From: Terriglobia bacterium | GTDB lineage: Bacteria > Acidobacteriota > Terriglobia > UBA7540 | Direction of reading: 5' to 3' | NCBI GenBank assembly: GCA_046705545.1 | Contig: JBJKQF010000303.1 | Location: forward strand, 1-53,794 | DNA length: 53,794 bases | In this document: positions 28,053-36,806 of the stretch, in pieces | How the letters are laid out: each line of letters begins with the position of its first letter | Numbering within the stretch: position 1 is the first letter of the stretch | Made by a program: the position numbers and the translations under genes | The notes under the pieces: model-generated | Seen by the model: only the letters and a program-made list of their open reading frames with translations | Database searches by the model: none | What the model was told of the DNA's origin: nothing

Positions 28053-30908
28053 ATGAAATTTGGCCGGCGCAGGTTCTTGCAGTCAGCCCTTGCCACGCCG
28101 CTGGCCGCGGCGCTGGGAAGGCCGGGGGTGGAAGCTTTCGCGGCCTTGTTACCTCCGTCGGGGCAATCCCAATTTACCAATCCCCAGATCATCCGCTATG
28201 ACCACAACTGCTTCACCCTGAACGCCCGCGACACTTTTCTCCGCAGCGCTTCTTTCCATTATTGCCGCTGCCCTGAGCCCTTGTGGGAGGACCGCCTTCT
28301 CAAGATCCAGCGCGCAGGTTTCAATTGCCTGGAGACTTATGTCTTCTGGAACTATCACGAACCCGAAGAGGGCCACGCCGATCTCAGCAAGTTCGAAAGC
28401 TTCGTCAAGGCGGTAAAAGCCGCAGGGCTTTGGATGGTGGTCCGGCCAGGGCCTTACGTCTGCGCGGAGTGGGATGCAGGAGGCTTTCCTCATTGGGTAA
28501 TCGCCAAGCGCTTTCCCTTACGCAGTGACAATCCCCAAAGCATCGAAACTTCCGAGCATTGGTACAACCTGGTTCTACCGGTGATTCAGCGGAACTTGAT
28601 CACCTCCGATGGCCCTATCATCATGGTGCAGATCGAGAACGAATACGACTTCTGCAAGACCGTCTCTGACTCCCAGAAGCTCGCTTACCTCACGGCGCTG
28701 GCCCAGACAGCCTGGAGCGCCGGAATCGATGTCCCACTCATCACCTGTTGGACCCGGCAGGCGCGCGAGAATTCCAATCCGGACATGGCGCGCATCGCAG
28801 ACTTCTGCAACTTCTACCCGCGATGGAAGATTCTGCCGAAGGTGCCCAATGCCCTTGCGAAGTTGCGCGTTGAAGAACCTTCCTCTCCCTTGGGGGTGAC
28901 CGAACTGGAAGGCGGCTGGCCCAGCATGATTGGAGGCAAGCTTTCTGTCGAAGAGGAAGGCGTGGGCCCGGCGCAACTCAATGCTCTCACCAAAACCGTC
29001 CTGGAAGACGGTGTCACCTTCTACAACTATTACATGGGCTTCGGCGGCACCAATTTCGATTGGGCCGCCAAGGGGCTGACCACCAGCTACGATTACGCCG
29101 CGCCCATTCGTGAGCCAGGCGGTTTGTGGGAAGAGTATTATGAGGCGCGAGGCATCGCGCTCTTCCTCGGCATGTTCGGTTCCGTGCTCGCCCGCGCCCG
29201 TCGCCAGGAAGGCGCCGCGCAATCCACCAACCCCGCCGTCAGCGTTACCGAGCGCGTCAACGGCCAGAGCGCCGTCTTGTTTGTGCGGGAAAACGCCAAC
29301 GCCGAACAGCAATTCAAATTGAGTTTTGTGGACCCGGCCAGCCCCTCACATCGCATCATCAACACGCCGCGCGAAGGGCAACTAAGCCTTGGAGCGCGCG
29401 AGATGAAGATGGTCGCGGTGCAGGTTCCGCTGGTTACCGCCACGCTGCGCTACTCGACTGCGGAGGTTCTCGCCCACGGACTCTGCCTGGACCGCGAATT
29501 TTTGATTCTCTACGACGATCCCGGGCGCCTGGCGGAAATTGCGCTCTCCACCTCCTACCAGCCTCAGGTCGACGGCAACACCGCTTACCTTTACTGGGAC
29601 AATGAATACGAGTCGGTGGTGATTGGCGCGCGCGTTGGAAAAGAGGAGCAGGCCCTGGTCGTCAACGAGGAGCTGACCGTTCTACTGGTTCCTCGTGAGC
29701 GGGCCTTGCGCTCCTGGGTGGCGGAAGTTCAGAGCAAAGCGCTAAGGGAGGAAGAAAACGACCAGGAGGGCGAGGAGCAACAACAGCAACAGCCGAAAAG
29801 CGGCGGCAAGCCCATCGCCATTCCTTTTATTTCCGATGCCAGCCTGCTGGCTTCCTGCGGCTCCCATGGAGACCATCTCTGGGCGGAACTCGATTTTCGT
29901 CCCGGGGAGCACGCCGTCACCGCGCTACTGCCGGACAACCCTAACAACTGCCGCGTAGATGGCGCCAAAACTAAGTTCCAGTACACCTCCCGCCAGCGCA
30001 AGGCAAGCTTGACCATCGCCACGCCTGAATTACCTTCTGCGCCGATCGAGCTTGCGAACGTTCGCACCTGGGTGGAGAAAATCTCGGGCGCCGCTCAGGG
30101 CGATTGGGTCACTTCTCCGCTGAAGCCATTGGAAGAGTTCGGACGCCTTCCCTACGGCTACGTGAAGTACCGCCTGGAACACCTTACGCTCAACCCGCAG
30201 AGCAAGATTTTCATCTCCTGCTTCACCGATGACACCAAAAAGGTCTTCCTCAACGGACAGCTTGTGCCGGAAGCCTCCACACCCGCGAAGCAGGTTGCCT
30301 TCGAGCTCGCCAAGTACACCAAAGCCGCCGACAACCGGCTGGAGATTTCATACGAGGCTTTTGGCTCGTCCAACGGCGGAGCGAGCATGGGGGAATTGAA
30401 AGGAGTGGAGTCCGTGCGCGTCGGCGCCGACCTTGCGTCGGCAATTTCGCTGGGGCCTTGGCAGATTCAAAGATTTCCAGCGCCCATGCGGGGCCGCGAG
30501 ATCGATCCCGAAGCGCCCGCAGACGGCTGGAGCGAAGTGACTGCCGTCGGCGGTGGCGGCACCAACATACTTCTTCCGGCGTTTGCGTGGTGCCGCGCCG
30601 ACTTCGCCATGGAACAGCCACCCGAAAATTGGTTCGTGCCCTGGAAGCTCACCTTCGAAGCCAGCCGCGACGCCCTACTGTATCTGAATGGGAAGTTCGT
30701 GGGCCGTTACGTGACTGAGGGACCGCAGAAAAATTTCTATCTCCCTGAGCCTTTCTTCCTCCAGGAAGAGGAAGAGAAAAAAAAGAAGGGTAATGCTCTC
30801 ACCATCGTCCTGGCCTATGCCGAGACAGCCGCGCCGATTCGCACGCTGCGTATCGCTCCCTACCGGGAGTTTGCCACACGCAGAACCAGGATCGAGTTTG
30901 AGTGGTAA
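28053..30908 (+). CDS. glycoside hydrolase family 35 beta-galactosidase, Tat signal
   Basis: Tat motif GRRRFLQSALA. GH35 core: FNCLETYVFWNYHEP, RPGPYVCAEWDAGGFPHW, MVQIENEY. Confidence 0.9.
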   Translation: MKFGRRRFLQSALATPLAAALGRPGVEAFAALLPPSGQSQFTNPQIIRYDHNCFTLNARDTFLRSASFHYCRCPEPLWEDRLLKIQRAGFNCLETYVFWNYHEPEEGHADLSKFESFVKAVKAAGLWMVVRPGPYVCAEWDAGGFPHWVIAKRFPLRSDNPQSIETSEHWYNLVLPVIQRNLITSDGPIIMVQIENEYDFCKTVSDSQKLAYLTALAQTAWSAGIDVPLITCWTRQARENSNPDMARIADFCNFYPRWKILPKVPNALAKLRVEEPSSPLGVTELEGGWPSMIGGKLSVEEEGVGPAQLNALTKTVLEDGVTFYNYYMGFGGTNFDWAAKGLTTSYDYAAPIREPGGLWEEYYEARGIALFLGMFGSVLARARRQEGAAQSTNPAVSVTERVNGQSAVLFVRENANAEQQFKLSFVDPASPSHRIINTPREGQLSLGAREMKMVAVQVPLVTATLRYSTAEVLAHGLCLDREFLILYDDPGRLAEIALSTSYQPQVDGNTAYLYWDNEYESVVIGARVGKEEQALVVNEELTVLLVPRERALRSWVAEVQSKALREEENDQEGEEQQQQQPKSGGKPIAIPFISDASLLASCGSHGDHLWAELDFRPGEHAVTALLPDNPNNCRVDGAKTKFQYTSRQRKASLTIATPELPSAPIELANVRTWVEKISGAAQGDWVTSPLKPLEEFGRLPYGYVKYRLEHLTLNPQSKIFISCFTDDTKKVFLNGQLVPEASTPAKQVAFELAKYTKAADNRLEISYEAFGSSNGGASMGELKGVESVRVGADLASAISLGPWQIQRFPAPMRGREIDPEAPADGWSEVTAVGGGGTNILLPAFAWCRADFAMEQPPENWFVPWKLTFEASRDALLYLNGKFVGRYVTEGPQKNFYLPEPFFLQEEEEKKKKGNALTIVLAYAETAAPIRTLRIAPYREFATRRTRIEFEW

Positions 30909-31191
30909 GCCGGGCTATTTGTCCGATACGGCGAAACACACGAACCATTGGATTCGCCAAGGGGGGATACCCCGGTGTGAAGATGTCCTATTTTAAGCGG
31001 AGGCGAGACTGGATTGTATTTCCTGGCCGCCTGTCCACTTGATTCTCACAACCTAATGAAACTTTCGAAAATAGTGGATTGCAAAAGCAAGCGAGAGGCG
31101 TCATCCTCAGCGCAGCGTAAACCCTGCTTTGCCATCTATTGCCGGCAAAGACCCCTGCAATGAGTTCAAAAAACGGTGTGGGAGAAAAACG

Positions 31192-33393
31192 ATGAAGCCA
31201 AAAGACGGAAACTTCACGCGAAGAAATTTTATGCTGGCGGTGGGCGCGATCCCTGCCTCGGGAATTGCACTAAAAGGAGCGGGCGCAAGGGCGGCACAGA
31301 GCTTCAGCAATCGCGCTTTCGAGGTTGCGGTGATCGGCAGCGAAGAATGCTTGTGGAGTTATCGCCTCACGCCCTCGGGCCGGGAGCATCGCGTCGCGCC
31401 GCCGGTCTTCAATATCGACGGCCAGACCCGCGTCGCCACGCTGGGGAACGTCAAAGCCAAACGCGAGCCTCAAAGGCTTCCCAACGGCAGCACGGAATAT
31501 TCCTATGAGGGAACATTCGCAGCGCTTCCCGATTTCTCGCTCACCCTGGTCTTTCAGGTGGCGGAAGAGAATCCCGTGGTTCGCTTCAGCTACGTTCTGA
31601 AGAGCTCGCATCCACACTCTCTCACCAAGCCCGAGGGAGCGGATGAGCTGCAATATTTCAAAATCTCTTTCCGGGATTTTCGCCACGCCAAGGAAATCCG
31701 GCTTTGCGATTTCCACGAGATTTATCATTCTTACATCCTGGAAGAGAACGTTCTGGAACCGCGGGCTTTTGCCCACCGGCTGGAAGTGATGGGCCCCATC
31801 GTCGCGGCCTCCGGCGGAAAGGAAAGTTTGCTGGTGGCTTACGAGCACGGCTCGCAGGCACCGGATGCTTTTTTGCGCTTTGAGCTTCATCCCAACCGCC
31901 AGGTGGCTTTGCAGGCGGTAAAGGGCAATTATCTGACCGGGCAGAGAGTCGATGTCAAGCACCCTTACCAGACTTTGTGGCTTGAGATGGGCGCGGTCGC
32001 GGGCGGAGAAGATCAACTTGCCTCCGCCTTCCGCGCGTTTGTGCTGAAGCACATGACGCAGAATCCCGCCACGCGCCAGCCGCTGATCTATTACAACACC
32101 TGGAACCGCCAGGAGCGCGACAAGTGGTGGTACGGCAAGGAATTCGGGACGGCCCTCAACACGCATGACATCCTCGAGGACATTGACATCGCGCACCGCA
32201 TGGGGATTGACGTTTACGTGATTGACGGCGGCTGGTCTGACAAGGCAGGCGACTGGACGGTGGACCGCAACTGCTTTCCCGACGGCCTGCACACCGTCAA
32301 AAAGCGGTTGGACCGCTACGGCATGCAGCTCGGACTCTGGTTCGGGCCGCGCAGCGCCAGCGTGCCGAGCAAAACGCTCACGGAGTATCAGGACTGCATT
32401 GCCACGGTGCGCGGCAAGAAGACCGAGTTGCCGTTCGGGAGGCCGGGGAAAACCAGCTACGGCCTGTGCCTGGTCAGCCGCTACATTGACGCTTACGTCG
32501 AGCGCATGATCGCCTTCTCCAAGGAGGTGGGCGTCACCTACTTCAAGTGGGACGCCGTGATGCCGCACTGCTGCGACGCGCCCGGCCACTGGCACGGCGA
32601 CGCCAGCCACACGCGCGAGGAGCGCGAAGCTTCCCACGATTTCCAGTTGGTTCGGCAGGTGGCGCGCGCCGCGGACCGCATCGCCGCGGCCTGCCCCGGC
32701 GCCGTGGTGGATATCGACAGCACGGAAACCGAACGCCTGATGGGATTGGGATTTCTGGCGGCGGGCCGCATCTTTGCCATCAACAACGGACCTTACTATC
32801 ACAGCTACGACATTCCCGAGATCCCCAATCACTACACCAATATCTTCGCCTTTCCCGGTCCCGCCCGCACCTGGGTTTGCCGCTCCATGCTCACCTATGA
32901 CAAGTGGATTCCTTCGCTCCTGTTGATGTGCCACTACTTTCCCGACGACCCGCTCCTCTCCCAGGAGATCAACATGGCGTCGCTGGTCCTGGGGCAGAAC
33001 GGCATCTGGGGCGACCTGCCGCGCGTATCAGACGCCGGGGTGCGCTACATTGCAGAAACCTTGGCCCAGTACAAGAAGGTCTGGAACGACATGGCCGCCG
33101 CTGATCCGGTGATCACGGGAGGGTTGAGCGGCAGCCCGGAAATCTACGAGAAGATTGACGCCCGGACGGGCCGGGGCGCAGTGGTGATGTTTGCCATGTC
33201 AGAGGGGAAGTACACCTACGTCACTTCCCGGCGAGTCTCGCAGAAATACCGGGCGGGCGAAGGCGTCAAAGTGCGCCTCGACTCCCAGGGCCGCGCCCGG
33301 CTGGAAGTGACGGTTCCCCGGAATGAAAAGGTGAAGTTCCCGCACCGCGGTTACAGCCCCGCGGCCAAAATCATCTTCTTCGGCGCGGATTAA
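31192..33393 (+). CDS. alpha-galactosidase-like glycoside hydrolase (GH36-like, clan GH-D), Tat signal
   Basis: ATG at 31192 after GGGAG. Tat motif TRRNFMLAVG. Motifs VIDGGWSDKAGDW, GMQLGLWFGP and YFKWD resemble the GH36 catalytic core. Confidence 0.7.
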   Translation: MKPKDGNFTRRNFMLAVGAIPASGIALKGAGARAAQSFSNRAFEVAVIGSEECLWSYRLTPSGREHRVAPPVFNIDGQTRVATLGNVKAKREPQRLPNGSTEYSYEGTFAALPDFSLTLVFQVAEENPVVRFSYVLKSSHPHSLTKPEGADELQYFKISFRDFRHAKEIRLCDFHEIYHSYILEENVLEPRAFAHRLEVMGPIVAASGGKESLLVAYEHGSQAPDAFLRFELHPNRQVALQAVKGNYLTGQRVDVKHPYQTLWLEMGAVAGGEDQLASAFRAFVLKHMTQNPATRQPLIYYNTWNRQERDKWWYGKEFGTALNTHDILEDIDIAHRMGIDVYVIDGGWSDKAGDWTVDRNCFPDGLHTVKKRLDRYGMQLGLWFGPRSASVPSKTLTEYQDCIATVRGKKTELPFGRPGKTSYGLCLVSRYIDAYVERMIAFSKEVGVTYFKWDAVMPHCCDAPGHWHGDASHTREEREASHDFQLVRQVARAADRIAAACPGAVVDIDSTETERLMGLGFLAAGRIFAINNGPYYHSYDIPEIPNHYTNIFAFPGPARTWVCRSMLTYDKWIPSLLLMCHYFPDDPLLSQEINMASLVLGQNGIWGDLPRVSDAGVRYIAETLAQYKKVWNDMAAADPVITGGLSGSPEIYEKIDARTGRGAVVMFAMSEGKYTYVTSRRVSQKYRAGEGVKVRLDSQGRARLEVTVPRNEKVKFPHRGYSPAAKIIFFGAD

Positions 33394-33459
33394 TCTTGGG
33401 GTTTCTTGCCACCCCCGGCCCCCCCCCCACGCAGGGGGCCGTTCAAGCGATGACTTCCT

Positions 33460-34929
33460 TTACTGGCCCGGCTGGAAATTGAATTCAATTTCGGAAGTCA
33501 CCGGCAGCGGCTTGGAAGACTTGACCGCGGGCTTCTGGGGCGAGAGATCAAAGTAGGTGTGCGCGCCGTCCGCCACCAGCTTGACTCGGTGCCTCCCCGG
33601 CCACAGGCCCCCCAGGTGCAAGGTGTAGCTGTCGCCTCGGATGTTTTCCGCCACCCGCTTGCCATCCAGCAGGAGAGTGTAGCTGCTCGGTGGCCTCCCG
33701 ATCACCTCCCAATGCAGCGGCAGTTCTGATCCTTTCACCACCGCCGGGCTGAAGGGGCCAGAGAGCGCCATCACCGTGATGTCCTGAGTTTCGCGGCGAT
33801 AGAGCGAGATCAAGGCTTTCGTCAGATTGTAATAGTAGTAGCCCCAGCCCCCGCAGCCCCGGTAGGAGCATTTGTGCAGGTCCGTGGGTTCGAGGTCGTC
33901 GCTGAATTCCAGGTTGTACTCATCCCCGAAGACATCGTGTTGGGGCCCCCACCCCTTTCCGATCTTCTGCCCCGCGAATTCGTTCCACTGATGGATTTGG
34001 ATGAATTTCGGGCGGGCTTGAAAAGCCACTTGCCAGCTTTCAAGGTATGGCGCCCCATGGTCGCGGCCGACGGCACGGGGGTCCAGCCAGCCTTTCGGAA
34101 TCGGAAAGCTGGCAGGAGTCACCACCACTTCTTCCGCGCGCCCGCCGTGATAGGTCACCACCTGGCGGATGGGACCGTCCATCCACGACCAGAAGCCGCA
34201 CTTTTCCACGTGCGTATCCTGAAGCTGCGAACCCATCCAGCGGATCGTCCAACGGGGAGCTTTGACCTTAGCGGTATGCTGGGCGATCTCATCGCAGGAA
34301 AGCCCGACGTTATAGAGGATGGCCAAGAGCGGCTTGCCGTCGTATTCGAGCCAGTCCTGGTTGTAGTCGGGATTGTCGCGGAGATGCTGATCGATCCACC
34401 GAATGATGCCGTTGAGCCTCCGGGCTGCATCTGGAACGGGCGGGCCATTCTGGAGCCCCAGCATGATGACCAGCTTGGGCGGACGGCGGCCTTCCTTGCG
34501 GAGCTGGCTATAGGTCTTAAAGAGGAGTTCGGTGGTCTGCTCGAGCTCCAGGGTGCTTCCCTGTTGCTTTTCCCAGGCCGGCTTGGCCCACAGCATGTTG
34601 CTCCAGTCGAGCAGCAGCCAGTCGATCCCCAAGTCCTCAAACCACTGCTCGTGCCGGCGCAGCACGGCCGCGTTATAGGACGAATACTTGCCAAGGATCG
34701 GAATAGCTTCCGCCGTCTCGTAGGTCCCGTTGTTGTGCGGCGTAAACCAGGTTTCATACTGGAGGCCGATGAGCGTGGAAGATTCCGGCGGGGAGGCGCT
34801 TTGCTTGCGGCTGCCAGCGGCCTCTTCACTCCCGTTCTGCCGCCGCCCAGCGCAAGAAACCATGACGCCACCCAATACAGGCGCGCAGAGGAACAATGCA
34901 AAGAATCGCGAAGAAGACCAGTGTGTCAT
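33460..34929 (-). CDS. hypothetical (lipo)protein, possible glycoside hydrolase-like TIM barrel plus C-terminal Ig-like domain
   Basis: Signal peptide with possible lipobox (GGVMVSC). Function is inferred only from neighbours and from motifs such as LQYETWF and DWLLLDWSN. Confidence 0.6.
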   Translation of the reverse strand: MTHWSSSRFFALFLCAPVLGGVMVSCAGRRQNGSEEAAGSRKQSASPPESSTLIGLQYETWFTPHNNGTYETAEAIPILGKYSSYNAAVLRRHEQWFEDLGIDWLLLDWSNMLWAKPAWEKQQGSTLELEQTTELLFKTYSQLRKEGRRPPKLVIMLGLQNGPPVPDAARRLNGIIRWIDQHLRDNPDYNQDWLEYDGKPLLAILYNVGLSCDEIAQHTAKVKAPRWTIRWMGSQLQDTHVEKCGFWSWMDGPIRQVVTYHGGRAEEVVVTPASFPIPKGWLDPRAVGRDHGAPYLESWQVAFQARPKFIQIHQWNEFAGQKIGKGWGPQHDVFGDEYNLEFSDDLEPTDLHKCSYRGCGGWGYYYYNLTKALISLYRRETQDITVMALSGPFSPAVVKGSELPLHWEVIGRPPSSYTLLLDGKRVAENIRGDSYTLHLGGLWPGRHRVKLVADGAHTYFDLSPQKPAVKSSKPLPVTSEIEFNFQPGQ

Positions 34930-35237
34930 TTAACCGTCCACGGCCTCCGGCAAACCCCTCCTGCCGGGAAGAGAGATGATAACGGCGGGCGGGGGGCAAT
35001 ACAAGGGGCGATGCATGATGGGAAAGGCTCGGGCACCCCCCACCGCGAAACAGCGCTTTGCTCGGGAAAATCCCCTCTTGCAATTCCCCGCGTAAGGGAG
35101 TAAATAGGAGGTATGCAAACGGAAGGAGCTGTTACTCCGCCGGGCGCAGATTTGAAAAATGAATAGTCACACCGCTCTTGCGGTGCGTACCGATGACGGC
35201 GCGTCCGGAACGCCGCCACGGCGACAAAAAAAGTAAG

Positions 35238-35269
35238 AAAACGGGGAACCCCATGCGGTTCCCCGTTTT
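35238..35269 (-). terminator. intrinsic terminator downstream of the permease gene (potentially bidirectional)
   Basis: Perfect 13-bp stem AAAACGGGGAACC/GGTTCCCCGTTTT with a 6-nt loop. On the minus strand CUUACUUUUUUU follows. Lies 30 nt past the permease stop. Confidence 0.8.
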
Positions 35270-35298
35270 CATTTTAGGGGACCCGAAGCGGGTTGTGT

Positions 35299-36618
35299 TT
35301 ACCCTTTCACTTCCGTTTCCATTTTTCGGAGCGGACATCGGATTCCCCGCCCCGTCAGCCCCCTATAGACCGCCTCAATAGCAAAGGCCAATCCCACCAT
35401 CACCGCCAGCACCAAAATTCGCGACGGAGCGGAAAGAATGGTCTGAAAGAATAGAACACCCAAGGCAATCAAGCACCCCGCCATACCGACATTCGAGATC
35501 CATCGACGGCTGCGCGTTTGAGTGTGCAAGCGCGCGTTTGAGGCGTTGACGGCAGCGAAGATTAAGAGAAACCCGGCGCTGCCCATCACCGAGATGCTGG
35601 AAAGATCGAGCAGGTTTGCGATCAGGAGCGTCAGAACCGAGGTAATCAGCAGCCCTTCCGCGGGACGCTTCCAGATTTTTCTTTCCAGCTCCTGCGGCAA
35701 CTCGCCGTCTTTGGCGATGATGTAACTGACGCGCGACGCACCGTAAAGCGTCGCGTTGATCGCCGAGCCCGTGGAAAGCAGCGCAGCGATGGCAACCAGC
35801 ACAAATCCAAAGCTCCCTAGAAAGGGTTTGGCGCTGGCGGCCAAAGCGTAGTCTTTGGCATCCACGATTTGCGCCAGCGGAAGATTGCCGACCGTGACCG
35901 CGGCCACCAGAACGTAGAGGATAATCACTAAGACCACGGAAGTGTAGTAGGCGCGAGGAAGCGTCTTCCGGAAATCTTTGACGTCGCCCGCAGCGTTGGC
36001 AATCAATTCAAAGCCCTCGTATGCGAGGAAAATGATCATTCCCCCCGCCACCATCTGGAACGGATTGACCCACGAGGAAGGCGCCAGCCGACCCGCATCA
36101 ACGCTCCAGAACCCGGCAACGACAAAGAGCGAAAGGATCATCAGCTTGATGGCCACAATCCACTCCTCAGCACGTCCCACCGCCTGCGCACCGAGAAGGT
36201 TCAATCCGGTCAGGAGCAAGATCACCAGAGTGATCAGGACGTGCCGCCAGAACGGCTGCGCGGCGGCAGGAAAGAAGGAGGCGCCATAACCACCGAAAGC
36301 GTAAGCATAAAGCGAGAGCATCACCACGTAGCTGAGCCAGAGGAGAACGTTCAAGCCGCCGGTCAGGATGCCTTCACCAAAAGCCTGATTGAGAAACTCG
36401 ACCGTACCGCCTTGGCTGGGATAAGCGACCGAGAGCTTTGCGTAGGAATAGGCGGTGAGCAGCGCCACCGACCCGGCCACTGCAAAAGCAATGGGAGTTG
36501 CGCCGTGGGCCAATTCGACGGCCAGCCCGAGCACCGCAAAGATTCCTCCGCCCACCATCCCGCCAACCCCGATGGAGACAACGGAGAGAAAGCCCATTTT
36601 GCCATTGGAGGATTTCAT
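35299..36618 (-). CDS. APC-superfamily amino acid permease
   Basis: 439 aa with about 12 TM helices. N-terminal signature GVGGMVGGGIFAVLG. Confidence 0.9.
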   Translation of the reverse strand: MKSSNGKMGFLSVVSIGVGGMVGGGIFAVLGLAVELAHGATPIAFAVAGSVALLTAYSYAKLSVAYPSQGGTVEFLNQAFGEGILTGGLNVLLWLSYVVMLSLYAYAFGGYGASFFPAAAQPFWRHVLITLVILLLTGLNLLGAQAVGRAEEWIVAIKLMILSLFVVAGFWSVDAGRLAPSSWVNPFQMVAGGMIIFLAYEGFELIANAAGDVKDFRKTLPRAYYTSVVLVIILYVLVAAVTVGNLPLAQIVDAKDYALAASAKPFLGSFGFVLVAIAALLSTGSAINATLYGASRVSYIIAKDGELPQELERKIWKRPAEGLLITSVLTLLIANLLDLSSISVMGSAGFLLIFAAVNASNARLHTQTRSRRWISNVGMAGCLIALGVLFFQTILSAPSRILVLAVMVGLAFAIEAVYRGLTGRGIRCPLRKMETEVKG

Positions 36619-36806
36619 CTTTAACGGTTCGCCTTACCTAAAAAAGGTCCGCAGCGCGGAAACACACTCGCCCCCAGAGGTCCAGATACGCAATGATAGC
36701 GCCGCAGGGGCTTCAATTTCCATCGCCCAACCATCGCCCGCATGTATTATGATGGTTAATTGCGCTTCGAGGAGCGTTTGAGCTCCTGGGCGCTGGAAAT
36801 CATCGC

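Noticed and set aside
31270-32934. 554-aa ORF antisense to the GH36-like gene.
   Set aside because: Same reasoning as above: it is Ala/Arg/Gly-rich with no recognisable family and lies entirely inside a well-supported sense gene.
33874-35103. 409-aa plus-strand ORF overlapping the 33460..34929 lipoprotein gene.
   Set aside because: It is a shadow ORF. The minus-strand product has a signal peptide and coding-like composition, while the plus-strand product is Arg/Pro/Gly-rich.
35113-35166. 17-codon plus-strand ORF preceded by GGAGG.
   Set aside because: The SD-like sequence is only 1 nt from the ATG. The ORF lies in the leader region of a minus-strand gene and there is no supporting context.
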